DNA from: Promethearchaeota archaeon
GTDB lineage: Archaea > Asgardarchaeota > Lokiarchaeia > Sigyniarchaeales > SOKP01
Length of the DNA: 16,807 nucleotides
Assembly (NCBI GenBank): GCA_011364975.1
Contig: RDOE01000071.1
Location: 1 to 16,807, forward strand
Reading direction: 5' to 3'
Part shown: one piece after another, positions 7,445 to 16,309 of the stretch
How the letters are laid out: every line of letters begins with the position of its first letter
Numbering within the stretch: position 1 is the first letter of the stretch
The notes under the pieces: generated by a model
The model's database searches: none
What the model was told of the DNA's origin: nothing
Seen by the model: the letters and a program-made list of their open reading frames with translations, nothing else
Position numbers and translations under genes: made by a program

Positions 7445-10048
7445 ATGGAGAGAAGCAAAGTGACAGTAAATTCAAACGTGAAAAAGGATTTTCTCGAAAA
7501 TTTTCAAAATAGAGTAATTCAAGGAAGACGACTTCTTCAAACTGCTAATCATCGTTGGGCAGATAAATTACTTTCAGATTTATATTATGATATTGAAAAA
7601 ACTGAATGGTTAGACATTCAAAAGAAACATCAATTAATAATGATTATAGCAAATTCTTGGTGGATGTATATAAATTCGCTTACTTTAAAGACTGAGGAGG
7701 GTTATAATGTTGATATAATCCGATATATCGATGCTTATAAGCGATTTTTTTCATTTCTAGCAAAATTAGATGATTTTTATCTCTTCAATAATTTCGCTAC
7801 CGAGTTATTAAAAATTTTCATCCAAATGGATGATTTATCTCAATCAGGTATTACTAAATTTATTAACTCGTTTAGCATTAAACTTATTGAACGCCAAGAA
7901 TATATTAAATTATTAGAATTACAGATTGTATTAATGTTTTTAAGAAAGTCAGTTATTCCTCAAGAATATTTTCATCTTTCAATGGAACATCTTGGAAGAA
8001 CAATTTTTAAATTAGAACCCCAAAAACGTGGTTTATTTATTCATACTTTCTTGGAAAATGTAAATTCAAATTATGAATTGATGGAAGATTCAAATGAGTT
8101 TATTATATTTATGCATAAAGTTTTAACTCACAGAATACCGGGTTATTTAAAAGATGAGTTTAGTAATTTACCTAAAATTGTTATAAATAAAAACAATTTT
8201 GATGAAATTTTAGTATCACTTGAAGATCTAATCTTCTACTTGAACAATATTGGAGAATACCAATGGATTATATCGATAATTAAAAATCTATTCTATAAAG
8301 TAAAAAGTTTTAAATCTTACGGTGATGCGGTGACATATATTCGCAAATTCATTTATTTTACAATTTCTAGGAATCGTTTTGAAATAGCATTTGAGATATA
8401 TGATTTTTTAGAAAGTTTATTTATGTATCAGGGAGATCTTGGTTATGATAATATCTTAATTGAATTATGGGTTGAAGCTTGTAAAAAATTTGTAGATATG
8501 AAAGAAAAAAAATATCTACTCCAGTCTCTTGAGAAATTAAATACTCATTTAAAATTACCTCAAAATAATGCTCAAATATATCATTATTTTTATACATCTA
8601 ACTTTCTGTGGATTTTTAAATCACTATTTTTTTCATTAGAGCAAAAAGATTTTTGGAGAATGATGTTTTATCGCTCATTGTATGAAGAAAAAGATTTTGA
8701 GTTAGCAAATAAGATTCTATCCTTTCTAGATAAAAATCTTACAACGCTAATTTTAAATCCAATTGATTTGTACAATGAGACAGAATCTCTAAAAAAAGAT
8801 ATATATTCGTTTGAAAGTAATGATAAATATTTTAAATCTATTCATGAAGGTTTTGTTATCAAACAAATTATCTTTCGAATCAATTCTGAGGGTGTAATAT
8901 CTTACAGGATGATCTCGAGTGATAATGAGATTATAGAAGGAAAAATCGAAGATGAATATTGGAATGATGCCCAAATTTTAGAAATTTATTATGATATTTT
9001 TTCAGATAAGCCAAATAAAAAGTATAATTTAACACTCCATGATTTTGGCAGAATATTATATATTTTTCTTCCAAGAAAAATCCGATCTTTATTCAAACAA
9101 ATTGAAATCAAATCTCTAAGAGTTATTCCTGAAATATATTTTATTTTAGATAGTATGACAGTTCCATTTGAGTTATTATTTGATAATAATTTTTTTCTCT
9201 TAAAATATTCAATAAGTTATATTATCGGTGAGCCTCCATTAGGAGGTATAACATTTGGATATGAGTCCGAAACTAATTTTGAGATTCAAGAGTCATCGAA
9301 TAAATTCAATGTTCTTATTATTGATTGCATAAATTCTACAGGCCCTTTAAAATGGAATGAGGAGTCAAAAAGTAAAGAACTTGTTTTTCCTTTTGAAGCT
9401 GGAGTTAATGAGTTTGAACACATTACTGAATTCTTCAATCAGAGGGAAGAAATAGCTCAAATCGCAATAATTTCTGGCACAAACTCAACAAGGGAGAACA
9501 TTTTGTCGAATATTAATAATGGCTCAAATCATATCATTCATTTTGTTGGTAATATTTTTTATTCAAAATGGAATCCACATGATAGCTTTTTACTTACTAA
9601 TAACAATGAAATCATTACATTTGATGATATAGATTCTGCAATAAGAAATGCAAATACACAAATTCACCCCTTTTTATTTTTCAATTCTCAAATATTTAAT
9701 GTACAAGGGAAAAAGTTAAGAAATGTTATTCGAACATTTGGAGAAATGATTAAAAAATTTGATTATGATATGATTTCAGGGATTATATCTAAAAATTATC
9801 CGATATTTGATAATGAAACAAAAGAAATTGTAGTGAATTTTTATATCAATCTTTTCAATCATAATAGTCAAGGGATATCACTCTTAAAGGCAAGACAAGT
9901 ATGTATGGCAAATAAAATGACAAAAATAATGGAGGATAAGGTACGAGATTTAGAATCAGATCAAGGTACGTTTAGTATAGATCCCCAGAGTTCTTTAGCT
10001 ATTTCAAGTTATATGCTTTTTGGAAAACCTTGGAAAAAATTAGACTAA
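7445..10048 (+). CDS. Large alpha-helical (solenoid-like) protein with a C-terminal CHAT (caspase-HetF-like, clan CD) domain, predicted catalytically inactive
   Basis: CHAT motifs occur in order from ~9040: FGRILYIFLP, IYFILDSMTVPFELL (cf. LPWELL), FFLLKYSISY, VLII, TRENIL, HIIHFVGN (cf. iiHFaGHG), FLFFNSQ (cf. lvflNAC), FYINL, GISLLKARQ, YMLFGKP (cf. fvlyGdP). The first ~450 aa are predicted all-helical. Confidence 0.78.
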   Translation: MERSKVTVNSNVKKDFLENFQNRVIQGRRLLQTANHRWADKLLSDLYYDIEKTEWLDIQKKHQLIMIIANSWWMYINSLTLKTEEGYNVDIIRYIDAYKRFFSFLAKLDDFYLFNNFATELLKIFIQMDDLSQSGITKFINSFSIKLIERQEYIKLLELQIVLMFLRKSVIPQEYFHLSMEHLGRTIFKLEPQKRGLFIHTFLENVNSNYELMEDSNEFIIFMHKVLTHRIPGYLKDEFSNLPKIVINKNNFDEILVSLEDLIFYLNNIGEYQWIISIIKNLFYKVKSFKSYGDAVTYIRKFIYFTISRNRFEIAFEIYDFLESLFMYQGDLGYDNILIELWVEACKKFVDMKEKKYLLQSLEKLNTHLKLPQNNAQIYHYFYTSNFLWIFKSLFFSLEQKDFWRMMFYRSLYEEKDFELANKILSFLDKNLTTLILNPIDLYNETESLKKDIYSFESNDKYFKSIHEGFVIKQIIFRINSEGVISYRMISSDNEIIEGKIEDEYWNDAQILEIYYDIFSDKPNKKYNLTLHDFGRILYIFLPRKIRSLFKQIEIKSLRVIPEIYFILDSMTVPFELLFDNNFFLLKYSISYIIGEPPLGGITFGYESETNFEIQESSNKFNVLIIDCINSTGPLKWNEESKSKELVFPFEAGVNEFEHITEFFNQREEIAQIAIISGTNSTRENILSNINNGSNHIIHFVGNIFYSKWNPHDSFLLTNNNEIITFDDIDSAIRNANTQIHPFLFFNSQIFNVQGKKLRNVIRTFGEMIKKFDYDMISGIISKNYPIFDNETKEIVVNFYINLFNHNSQGISLLKARQVCMANKMTKIMEDKVRDLESDQGTFSIDPQSSLAISSYMLFGKPWKKLD

Positions 10049-10152
10049 ATCTAAAAATTATAATCATTTACAAAACTTAGTGAATCACATAAACTTAATT
10101 AAAATTAATCATATTAAAAACTAAAATATATAACTAATGATGTGAATTTGTT

Positions 10153-10692
10153 TTGTCGGAAAGAATTATTGAACTTCGCGTTGAAAATACAAGGCTTAAG
10201 GAGCAGGTTCAGGACTTAGAGAACAAAGTTCTCTCATTAGTGGGTATGGTAAATTTAGAATCTTCTGAAGGGGTAGATGGAAAAAAAATAATAAATGACC
10301 GATTACTTCGTTTAATTACCACCACATCTTCCCAATTGAATATTGTCGCTCCAAGAATTGACTTATTTTATGCCAATGAACTTAAAAGAGTTGTAAAAAA
10401 GGGAATTCCTGTTTTAATTATTATGAATGACCGAGGAAACATTCCAAAGGAATTTCAAGAAGTATTTGATGAATTAAAACTGGTTTCAGGTATTAGTATT
10501 GTTAGTAATCCTAATGTTAGATATTTATTAGTATTTAATTCAGAAGAAGCAATTTACTCAGGAGGATCGTTAGTAAAAGATGAACTGGAAAAGTCGATTC
10601 TAATCGTAACCACTGTAAGAGAAAGCGCAAAACTTAGAAAGATTGCTGAGATTTTTACCATGATGCTCCCATCTTTCATGAGACCAAAATAA
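10153..10692 (+). CDS. N-terminal coiled coil + phospholipase D/TrmB-like fold lacking the HKD motif
   Basis: TTG start. IIELRVENTRLKEQVQDLENKV shows heptads. SQLNIVAPRID..ELKRVVKKGIPVLIIMND matches the PLDc_2/TrmB N-half pattern. VRYLLVFNSEEAIYSGGSL aligns with HxKxxxxD...aivGSaNl with H, K and D replaced. Confidence 0.7.
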   Translation: MSERIIELRVENTRLKEQVQDLENKVLSLVGMVNLESSEGVDGKKIINDRLLRLITTTSSQLNIVAPRIDLFYANELKRVVKKGIPVLIIMNDRGNIPKEFQEVFDELKLVSGISIVSNPNVRYLLVFNSEEAIYSGGSLVKDELEKSILIVTTVRESAKLRKIAEIFTMMLPSFMRPK

Positions 10693-10773
10693 AGTCATTA
10701 GTTCAGACTTTAAGAAAAAATTAAATAAAAATTTCCTATTTTAGCTAAATATTTAATTTGAAAAGGAATTATC

Positions 10774-10914
10774 TTGAAGAAAAACAAAACTCTGAAAGAA
10801 CCTCAGAAAAAAGAAGGAAATGTTTATAATTTAACAGATACTGAAATGAAATTAAATGAGAGTTTTGATTGGGATTTCATTTTTGATAGAGAATGGTCGC
10901 GAACAAAAAAGTAA
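10774..10914 (+). CDS. Putative 46-aa small protein (not in the ORF track)
   Basis: TTG at 10774, preceded by AAAAGGA, reads MKKNKTLKEPQKKEGNVYNLTDTEMKLNESFDWDFIFDREWSRTKK* (TAA 10912-10914). It fills most of the 200-nt gap and overlaps the MTase start by 22 nt. Confidence 0.4.
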   Translation: MKKNKTLKEPQKKEGNVYNLTDTEMKLNESFDWDFIFDREWSRTKK

Positions 10915-13088
10915 TTGATTCGAGAGATATTTCGGATTTATTTGGGCTTAATTCCAAAATATTTCGGGATCTTTATGAATTTTTAGAGAATCAATCTAAT
11001 ATTGAAGATTTAGAATCTCAAAAAAGATTTAATAGATGGAAATCAACTTTTTTTTCCATTTATGGTGAGGATGTAGACAAACCACTTTTCCTTAAGCATA
11101 GTTATTTTATTTTATTGTTAAGAGTAATAACTAACATAAAGTTTGGAGGAGAAATCACTGATGAGGTTCGTAAAAATAAAGGTCATAACGATAAATTTGA
11201 TGTAAATCAACTATTTTTTCCCGAAGTTGAAAATTTCTTTCTTCCCGAGATCTCAAAAGAGTTATTTAATAAAATTGCATCAATTTTAAATGATTCTCTC
11301 TTTGCGCATGAAGATTTATTTCAAAGGATATATCAACAAATCTTCTTAATAATTACTAGGCATAAAATAGGGGAATTTTATACACCATCACCTCTTGTCA
11401 AAAAAATGTTAGAGAAGACTTATAAATTTGGTTTAAAGACATTAGATCCAGCTTGTGGGTCAGGAAGTTTTATAATTGAGATTATTAACAAAATTTTAAA
11501 TTCAGAATTATCAAATTCTTTAAAAGTTGAAGCTATAGAAAAAGTATATGGCTTTGATATCAATCCACTAGCTACTTTAACTACAAAAGTAAATATTGTG
11601 TTATTGTTAGAAAAATTTGCCAATAAGTTAGAATTATTTCCTGCTATTCATATTCATAACATAGATGGGCTTTTTCCAGAAAATTCTAAGAAAGTATCTC
11701 TCTTAAAAATTAATGAAATTTATAATTCTTTTGATTTAGTAATTGGAAATCCTCCTTGGTTAACTTATAAAGATTTAGTTAGTAAAGAGCACCAAACTCA
11801 GGTTCGCTTATTAGCGGAAGAACTAGACATCAAACCACCAAGCCAATATATTACTCATATAGAACTTGGGTCTATATTTTTTTATGCATCAGCTATAAAG
11901 TATTTAAAGATAAATGGCGTTATTTTTTTTGTTATTACTAAAAGCATATTAAATGGAGATCATTGTTATAAATTTCGTGCTTTTACAATATTTAAAAATA
12001 TAGAAATTTGGGATTTTCCAGAAAGTTACTTTTTTAACGTTCAACATATCTGTTTAAAAGCACAATATATTGGAAAAAGTAACCAAATTACTATTCATGA
12101 TAAATATCCCATTAAGACGACTATTGTTGATAACAGTTTTGAGGATAAAAAGATTTTATACTATTCTAGTTTAAAATTAGAAGAAAAAGGTGCCAAAATT
12201 ATTTTACCTGAAAGTGAGTTACGATTAATTAATTCATTATCAGAAAGTGATTATAAAAGAAAATTTTTTCAAGGGGCAACCTTAGTCCCTAAAACATTGA
12301 TATATTTTAAAGTGGAACAAAAATTAAATAATATTTTAATAATATCTTCTGATCCGGAAATACTTAAGCGGGCAAAAAAGAAATGGAAATTCCAATTAAA
12401 TAATCAGAAGATTGAGGACAAATTCTCTTTTAAAACTTTTTTAAATCGCGATATGGTTCCTTTTTATATCAAGCAGTATAAACGTGTTTTTTTACCTATA
12501 AACGCTCAATATGAACTTGATAATGCTTTTTTAAAAGAAAATCCCCTTGCGTTAGAATTTTATAATAAAATAAACAGATTATATCAAGAAAATAAAAAGC
12601 AAACTAGTAAAATAAATACACTTTTTGCGAACTTAAATTATTGGAATAAATTAACTAAGCAAAAAGTAAATAAAGCCTATATTGTGACTTATAATGCTAG
12701 TGGTTCCAATTTAAAAGCTGCTGTTATTGATAATTCGCAAGAAAACCTTATAATTAGTTCTGAGGACTATTACTATTCTACAGATTCCATTAACGAGGCA
12801 TCCTATTTATCCGCTGTTTTAAACACACCTCTTCTTTCTAAATATATGAAGTTAATAAAATCAAGTAGACATATTCACAAAAGACCTTTTTCTTTTCCAA
12901 TCCCTGCTTTTGATAAGGAGAATCCTATCCATAGAAAGCTAGCAAATAAAGGTCAAAAATATTATTCCGTGGTTCAAGATTTAGTAGCTAATAATCAAAA
13001 CATATCCTCTGAAAAAGTAAGAATTTTTATTCATCAGAAACTAACAAAATTGAATGAGTTAGTAAAAGATCTTATGTTTAAACTTTAA
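10893..13088 (+). CDS. N6-adenine DNA methyltransferase, gamma class (Eco57I/type IIG-like MTase + target-recognition region), no visible nuclease domain
   Basis: Motif X GEFYTP, motif I LDPACGSGSF, motif II YGFDINPLA, motif IV DLVIGNPPW. The C-terminal region is TRD-like, with EASYLSAVLNT and RHIHKRPF. Confidence 0.88.
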   Translation: MVANKKVIDSRDISDLFGLNSKIFRDLYEFLENQSNIEDLESQKRFNRWKSTFFSIYGEDVDKPLFLKHSYFILLLRVITNIKFGGEITDEVRKNKGHNDKFDVNQLFFPEVENFFLPEISKELFNKIASILNDSLFAHEDLFQRIYQQIFLIITRHKIGEFYTPSPLVKKMLEKTYKFGLKTLDPACGSGSFIIEIINKILNSELSNSLKVEAIEKVYGFDINPLATLTTKVNIVLLLEKFANKLELFPAIHIHNIDGLFPENSKKVSLLKINEIYNSFDLVIGNPPWLTYKDLVSKEHQTQVRLLAEELDIKPPSQYITHIELGSIFFYASAIKYLKINGVIFFVITKSILNGDHCYKFRAFTIFKNIEIWDFPESYFFNVQHICLKAQYIGKSNQITIHDKYPIKTTIVDNSFEDKKILYYSSLKLEEKGAKIILPESELRLINSLSESDYKRKFFQGATLVPKTLIYFKVEQKLNNILIISSDPEILKRAKKKWKFQLNNQKIEDKFSFKTFLNRDMVPFYIKQYKRVFLPINAQYELDNAFLKENPLALEFYNKINRLYQENKKQTSKINTLFANLNYWNKLTKQKVNKAYIVTYNASGSNLKAAVIDNSQENLIISSEDYYYSTDSINEASYLSAVLNTPLLSKYMKLIKSSRHIHKRPFSFPIPAFDKENPIHRKLANKGQKYYSVVQDLVANNQNISSEKVRIFIHQKLTKLNELVKDLMFKL

Positions 13089-13186
13089 AATCTTAAAGAT
13101 TAATTTTACAAAAGTTTTTCTTTAATAAATAATTTCAAATTATGAATACGAGAGAAAAAAAGTTAAGTTTTTAGTGACATATAAAT

Positions 13187-14335
13187 TTGAATTTTAAAGA
13201 TTTAGGAATTAATGAAACTTATATTGACTTATTAAATAAGATTGGCATTGTTAAACCAACTCCTGTCCAAGAAAAAGCTATTCCTCTAATTTTAAAGAAT
13301 CGACATATTATGGTTCAGGCTCGAACAGGAAGTGGAAAAACATTAGCTTATATTTTACCGCTTTTAGAACGGATGGATAGTCAATTTAATGAAGTGTTGA
13401 TTTTAGTTCCAACTCGTGAGTTGGCAACACAGGTATTTGATGTGATCAATGATATTGGAACTCATAGAATAAGAGCTTTACCTATTTATGGAGGAGTATC
13501 CATTAATAATCAAATCAGAGAATTAGAAAAAGGAATTCATATAATTGTTGGAACTCCTGGTCGAATCATTGATCTTTTTAAAAGAAAGAAGCTTCGCCTT
13601 CAGAATGTTAAATATGTGGTGTTAGATGAGGGTGATCGCCTTTGGGATATGGGTTTCGCCCCAGATGTGAAATACATTTTGAATAAAATAAAAACCAATT
13701 ATCAGTTTATGTTATTTTCTGCAACACTTCCTTCTGAGATAAGAGATCTAATCAAAATGTATTCAAAGAACAATTTTGAATTCATTAATTTAAGCCGTGA
13801 TCAGATAACCGTAGGAAATACTAAGCAATTTTTTTATATGATTGATAGATATGAACAAAAGTATACCACATTTCTTAAAGTTTTAAGAAGGGAAAAACCA
13901 GAACATGTTTTAGTATTTGTTAATACCAAAAAAACAGCAAATTGGTTAGGTAATAAATTAGAAACTGAAAAAAAATTTCATTTGAAATTCAATGTGATCT
14001 CAGGAAATCTTTCTCAAGCTCAAAGAGAGAGAATATTAAACCTCTTTCGGGATCATAAGATTAATCTCTTAATTGCCACAGATGTAGCGGCAAGAGGGTT
14101 AGATATTGAAAATATATCCCACGTAATAAATTACGACATCCCAAAATTTCCTGATAACTATGTTCACCGCATAGGAAGAACTTCCCGTATGAATAAGCCT
14201 GGAGTAGCCATTACTTTATGCTTGAAAGATGAATATGAATATCTTTGTCATATTGAGGGAGTTATCGAACGGGAAATTAAACAAAAATTTTTAGAAATCC
14301 AAGAAAGTACGTATTATCATAATCCCTTTTTTTAA
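13187..14335 (+). CDS. DEAD-box RNA helicase (minimal two-RecA-domain core; motif II DEGD)
   Basis: TTG start. Q motif FKDLGI..PTPVQEKAIP, motif I ARTGSGKT, Ia PTRELA, GG, Ib TPGR, II DEGD, III SAT, IV LVFVNT, V TDVAARGLD, VI YVHRIGRTSR. Confidence 0.95.
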   Translation: MNFKDLGINETYIDLLNKIGIVKPTPVQEKAIPLILKNRHIMVQARTGSGKTLAYILPLLERMDSQFNEVLILVPTRELATQVFDVINDIGTHRIRALPIYGGVSINNQIRELEKGIHIIVGTPGRIIDLFKRKKLRLQNVKYVVLDEGDRLWDMGFAPDVKYILNKIKTNYQFMLFSATLPSEIRDLIKMYSKNNFEFINLSRDQITVGNTKQFFYMIDRYEQKYTTFLKVLRREKPEHVLVFVNTKKTANWLGNKLETEKKFHLKFNVISGNLSQAQRERILNLFRDHKINLLIATDVAARGLDIENISHVINYDIPKFPDNYVHRIGRTSRMNKPGVAITLCLKDEYEYLCHIEGVIEREIKQKFLEIQESTYYHNPFF

Positions 14336-14479
14336 CTTGTGTATTAGGTTATTTACCAATATTACTAAGATGATATTTCTAGTCTTTTTTCTTATAAATT
14401 AGTAAAACTTGAGATTCTCTTTTTTTAAATAATATAGGAAAAAACATTATTTTAAGACAAAAATTATGTTGATTTCAAG

Positions 14480-16204
14480 TTGAAAATCTTTAAACTCAAC
14501 GAATATTTAACCGTCAAATTAGAAGATGGTTTTACAAATATTTATGTCAATGATGAATATTTTGAACAATGTAAGTTTCTACTTCTTGAAATACCTAAAG
14601 AAGATTTAAGAAATTTTGACCAAATCGAATCTATAGATGAAGCAGCAAATTTATTAAGTCGAGAAATGGAAAATATTGACCCAGAAGCATTAGATTTATC
14701 TCCTGAAACCGAATTCTGGGGTCATTGCTCGAATTTACAAGTTTGGATCGAAAATGATTATGATACAAGATTAATGCATTCAAATTTAGCTTTTCCCCTC
14801 TTAAAACATCTCACTCGAGCTGGAGATCCAAAAGCTAAGAGGGTTTTTAAAGAGGAAATTGCTAAGCGATTATTGAGTGGTTATCCTACAGTAGTAAACT
14901 ATTTATTAGAAGAAGGTTATTTGCATGAATTTACAATTGAGGAGAAAGAGAGTTTATCAGAACAATTAGCTGAAAAAATCTTATTAATTAAAGATTTTGA
15001 AGAATTTTGTAATGTATATACATCCTATCATAATTCTGGCTTTGAGTTTTTAAGTACAATTGTTAAAGATAGATTCAGTGAATACATCTCAAATAACGAT
15101 TTTTTAGAAAGCAATATCGTCATTCCAAGAAGATTCTTAAATAGTTTTGATTTTAGAGAAGTTGAAGAGCTTTTTAGTCTAATAAAACCTCAAATTTTAA
15201 AGTTAATGTATAATAATTTGCGATTTTTAAATTTAAAAGTATTTTCTGATTACGGGGTTAAAAATGCTCGACGAGCTTTAAGAGAAGAAATAATTAAAGT
15301 ATTACTGGAAAATAATGACGATGTAATTAAATATTTAATTGAAGAAAAGTATTTGAAAGTCTTAAACAGGAGTGATTTAGAGATGTTTATTGATTTTCCT
15401 GGATGTTCAGATTTAATTTTAGATTATCTAAAGAGTAAACCTAATAGAATTCGGAGAGGGGTTTACGTAAATGGTAATTTTATCAAAGAGAAAGACGGAA
15501 TACTTAATTTAGAAGGATATGGAATAGAGGATTTAAATAAGGTTAAAGGTTTTAATAATTTGAAAAATATAGTAGAATTGAACCTTGCTGGAAATAAAAT
15601 TAAATCGATCGATTGTATTCAGAATTGTATTAATCTTAATAAATTAAAACTAAATGATAATTTAATCCCTGAAGATTTCATAAATCAATTAGGAGGGATG
15701 GATTCAAATGGATATGTAAAGCAGTCCAAAAGTTTTATTGTATACTCAAGAATCAAGAATCACATTGGAGTAATTTTTAATGAACGAAATCACTTAAAAG
15801 TTTTAGATCTACCGGACTTAAATATAAAATCAATAAACTCTATTAGTTCGATTTTAAATTTCCAAGAATTAACAATTTTAGATCTAAGTCGAAATAAGAT
15901 TTCTAAAATTGAGGGAATTAGTCATCTAAAAAAGCTCAAACGTTTGAATTTATCTTATAATTCTATTTCTAATATTCAAGGTTTAGACGAATTAACAAAC
16001 TTAGAAGAACTATTACTAGAACATAATCATATAAGTGAAATTAGTGGTTTAAGAAATTTGAGCAAATTAAGAATGCTTACTTTAGGGCATAATAATATAT
16101 CTCATAGTCTGATAAATGAACTCGGAGGATTTAAAGATTACATGTTTGGTCGAGTACAATATCCTCAAAAATTAGTAGAATATTGTATTAATAAATCTAG
16201 TTGA
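14480..16204 (+). CDS. Leucine-rich repeat protein (SDS22-like LRRs) with a Lokiarchaeal-type N-terminal domain
   Basis: LRRs include LTILDLSRNKISKIEGISHL, LKRLNLSYNSISNIQGLDEL and LEELLLEHNHISEISGLRNL. The N-terminus (FKLNEYLTVKLE..TNIYVN..QCKFLLL..SIDEA..EFWGHCSNLQVW..YDTRL.HSNLAFPLLK.L...GD..AK.VFKEEI) matches my recollection of an expanded Lokiarchaeal family. Confidence 0.88.
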   Translation: MKIFKLNEYLTVKLEDGFTNIYVNDEYFEQCKFLLLEIPKEDLRNFDQIESIDEAANLLSREMENIDPEALDLSPETEFWGHCSNLQVWIENDYDTRLMHSNLAFPLLKHLTRAGDPKAKRVFKEEIAKRLLSGYPTVVNYLLEEGYLHEFTIEEKESLSEQLAEKILLIKDFEEFCNVYTSYHNSGFEFLSTIVKDRFSEYISNNDFLESNIVIPRRFLNSFDFREVEELFSLIKPQILKLMYNNLRFLNLKVFSDYGVKNARRALREEIIKVLLENNDDVIKYLIEEKYLKVLNRSDLEMFIDFPGCSDLILDYLKSKPNRIRRGVYVNGNFIKEKDGILNLEGYGIEDLNKVKGFNNLKNIVELNLAGNKIKSIDCIQNCINLNKLKLNDNLIPEDFINQLGGMDSNGYVKQSKSFIVYSRIKNHIGVIFNERNHLKVLDLPDLNIKSINSISSILNFQELTILDLSRNKISKIEGISHLKKLKRLNLSYNSISNIQGLDELTNLEELLLEHNHISEISGLRNLSKLRMLTLGHNNISHSLINELGGFKDYMFGRVQYPQKLVEYCINKSS

Positions 16205-16309
16205 AATGTTAGGTTTTACATTTTTGCTATAACAATAGCAAAATTTGCTTTATTCAGAGAGAACATAAAAAGATTGAAGAGGAATAATTTGAAAAAAGAA
16301 CTTCAGAAA

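Noticed and set aside
7445-10692. CRISPR-associated Craspase or caspase-based anti-phage system
   Set aside because: There are no cas genes, array, gasdermin or NTPase sensor in the window, and both the CHAT and PLD folds lack catalytic residues.
989-11623. Short minus-strand ORFs (989-1177, 1835-2050, 2486-2737, 5585-5770, 7102-7332, 8789-8974, 11420-11623)
   Set aside because: All lie fully antisense to well-supported + strand genes and have no recognisable motifs; they are shadow ORFs.
10153-13088. PLD-nuclease + methyltransferase restriction-modification pair
   Set aside because: The PLD-fold protein has no HKD motif and no evident DNA-recognition domain, and it is separated from the MTase by 200 nt.
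16202-16309. The LRR gene's TGA is in frame with the next ORF with no further stop, suggesting selenocysteine or readthrough fusion
   Set aside because: The LRR protein ends naturally after its cap motif, the TGA is not in a redox-type motif, the intervening sequence looks like T/A-rich intergenic DNA, and I could not identify a SECIS. Chance is sufficient.
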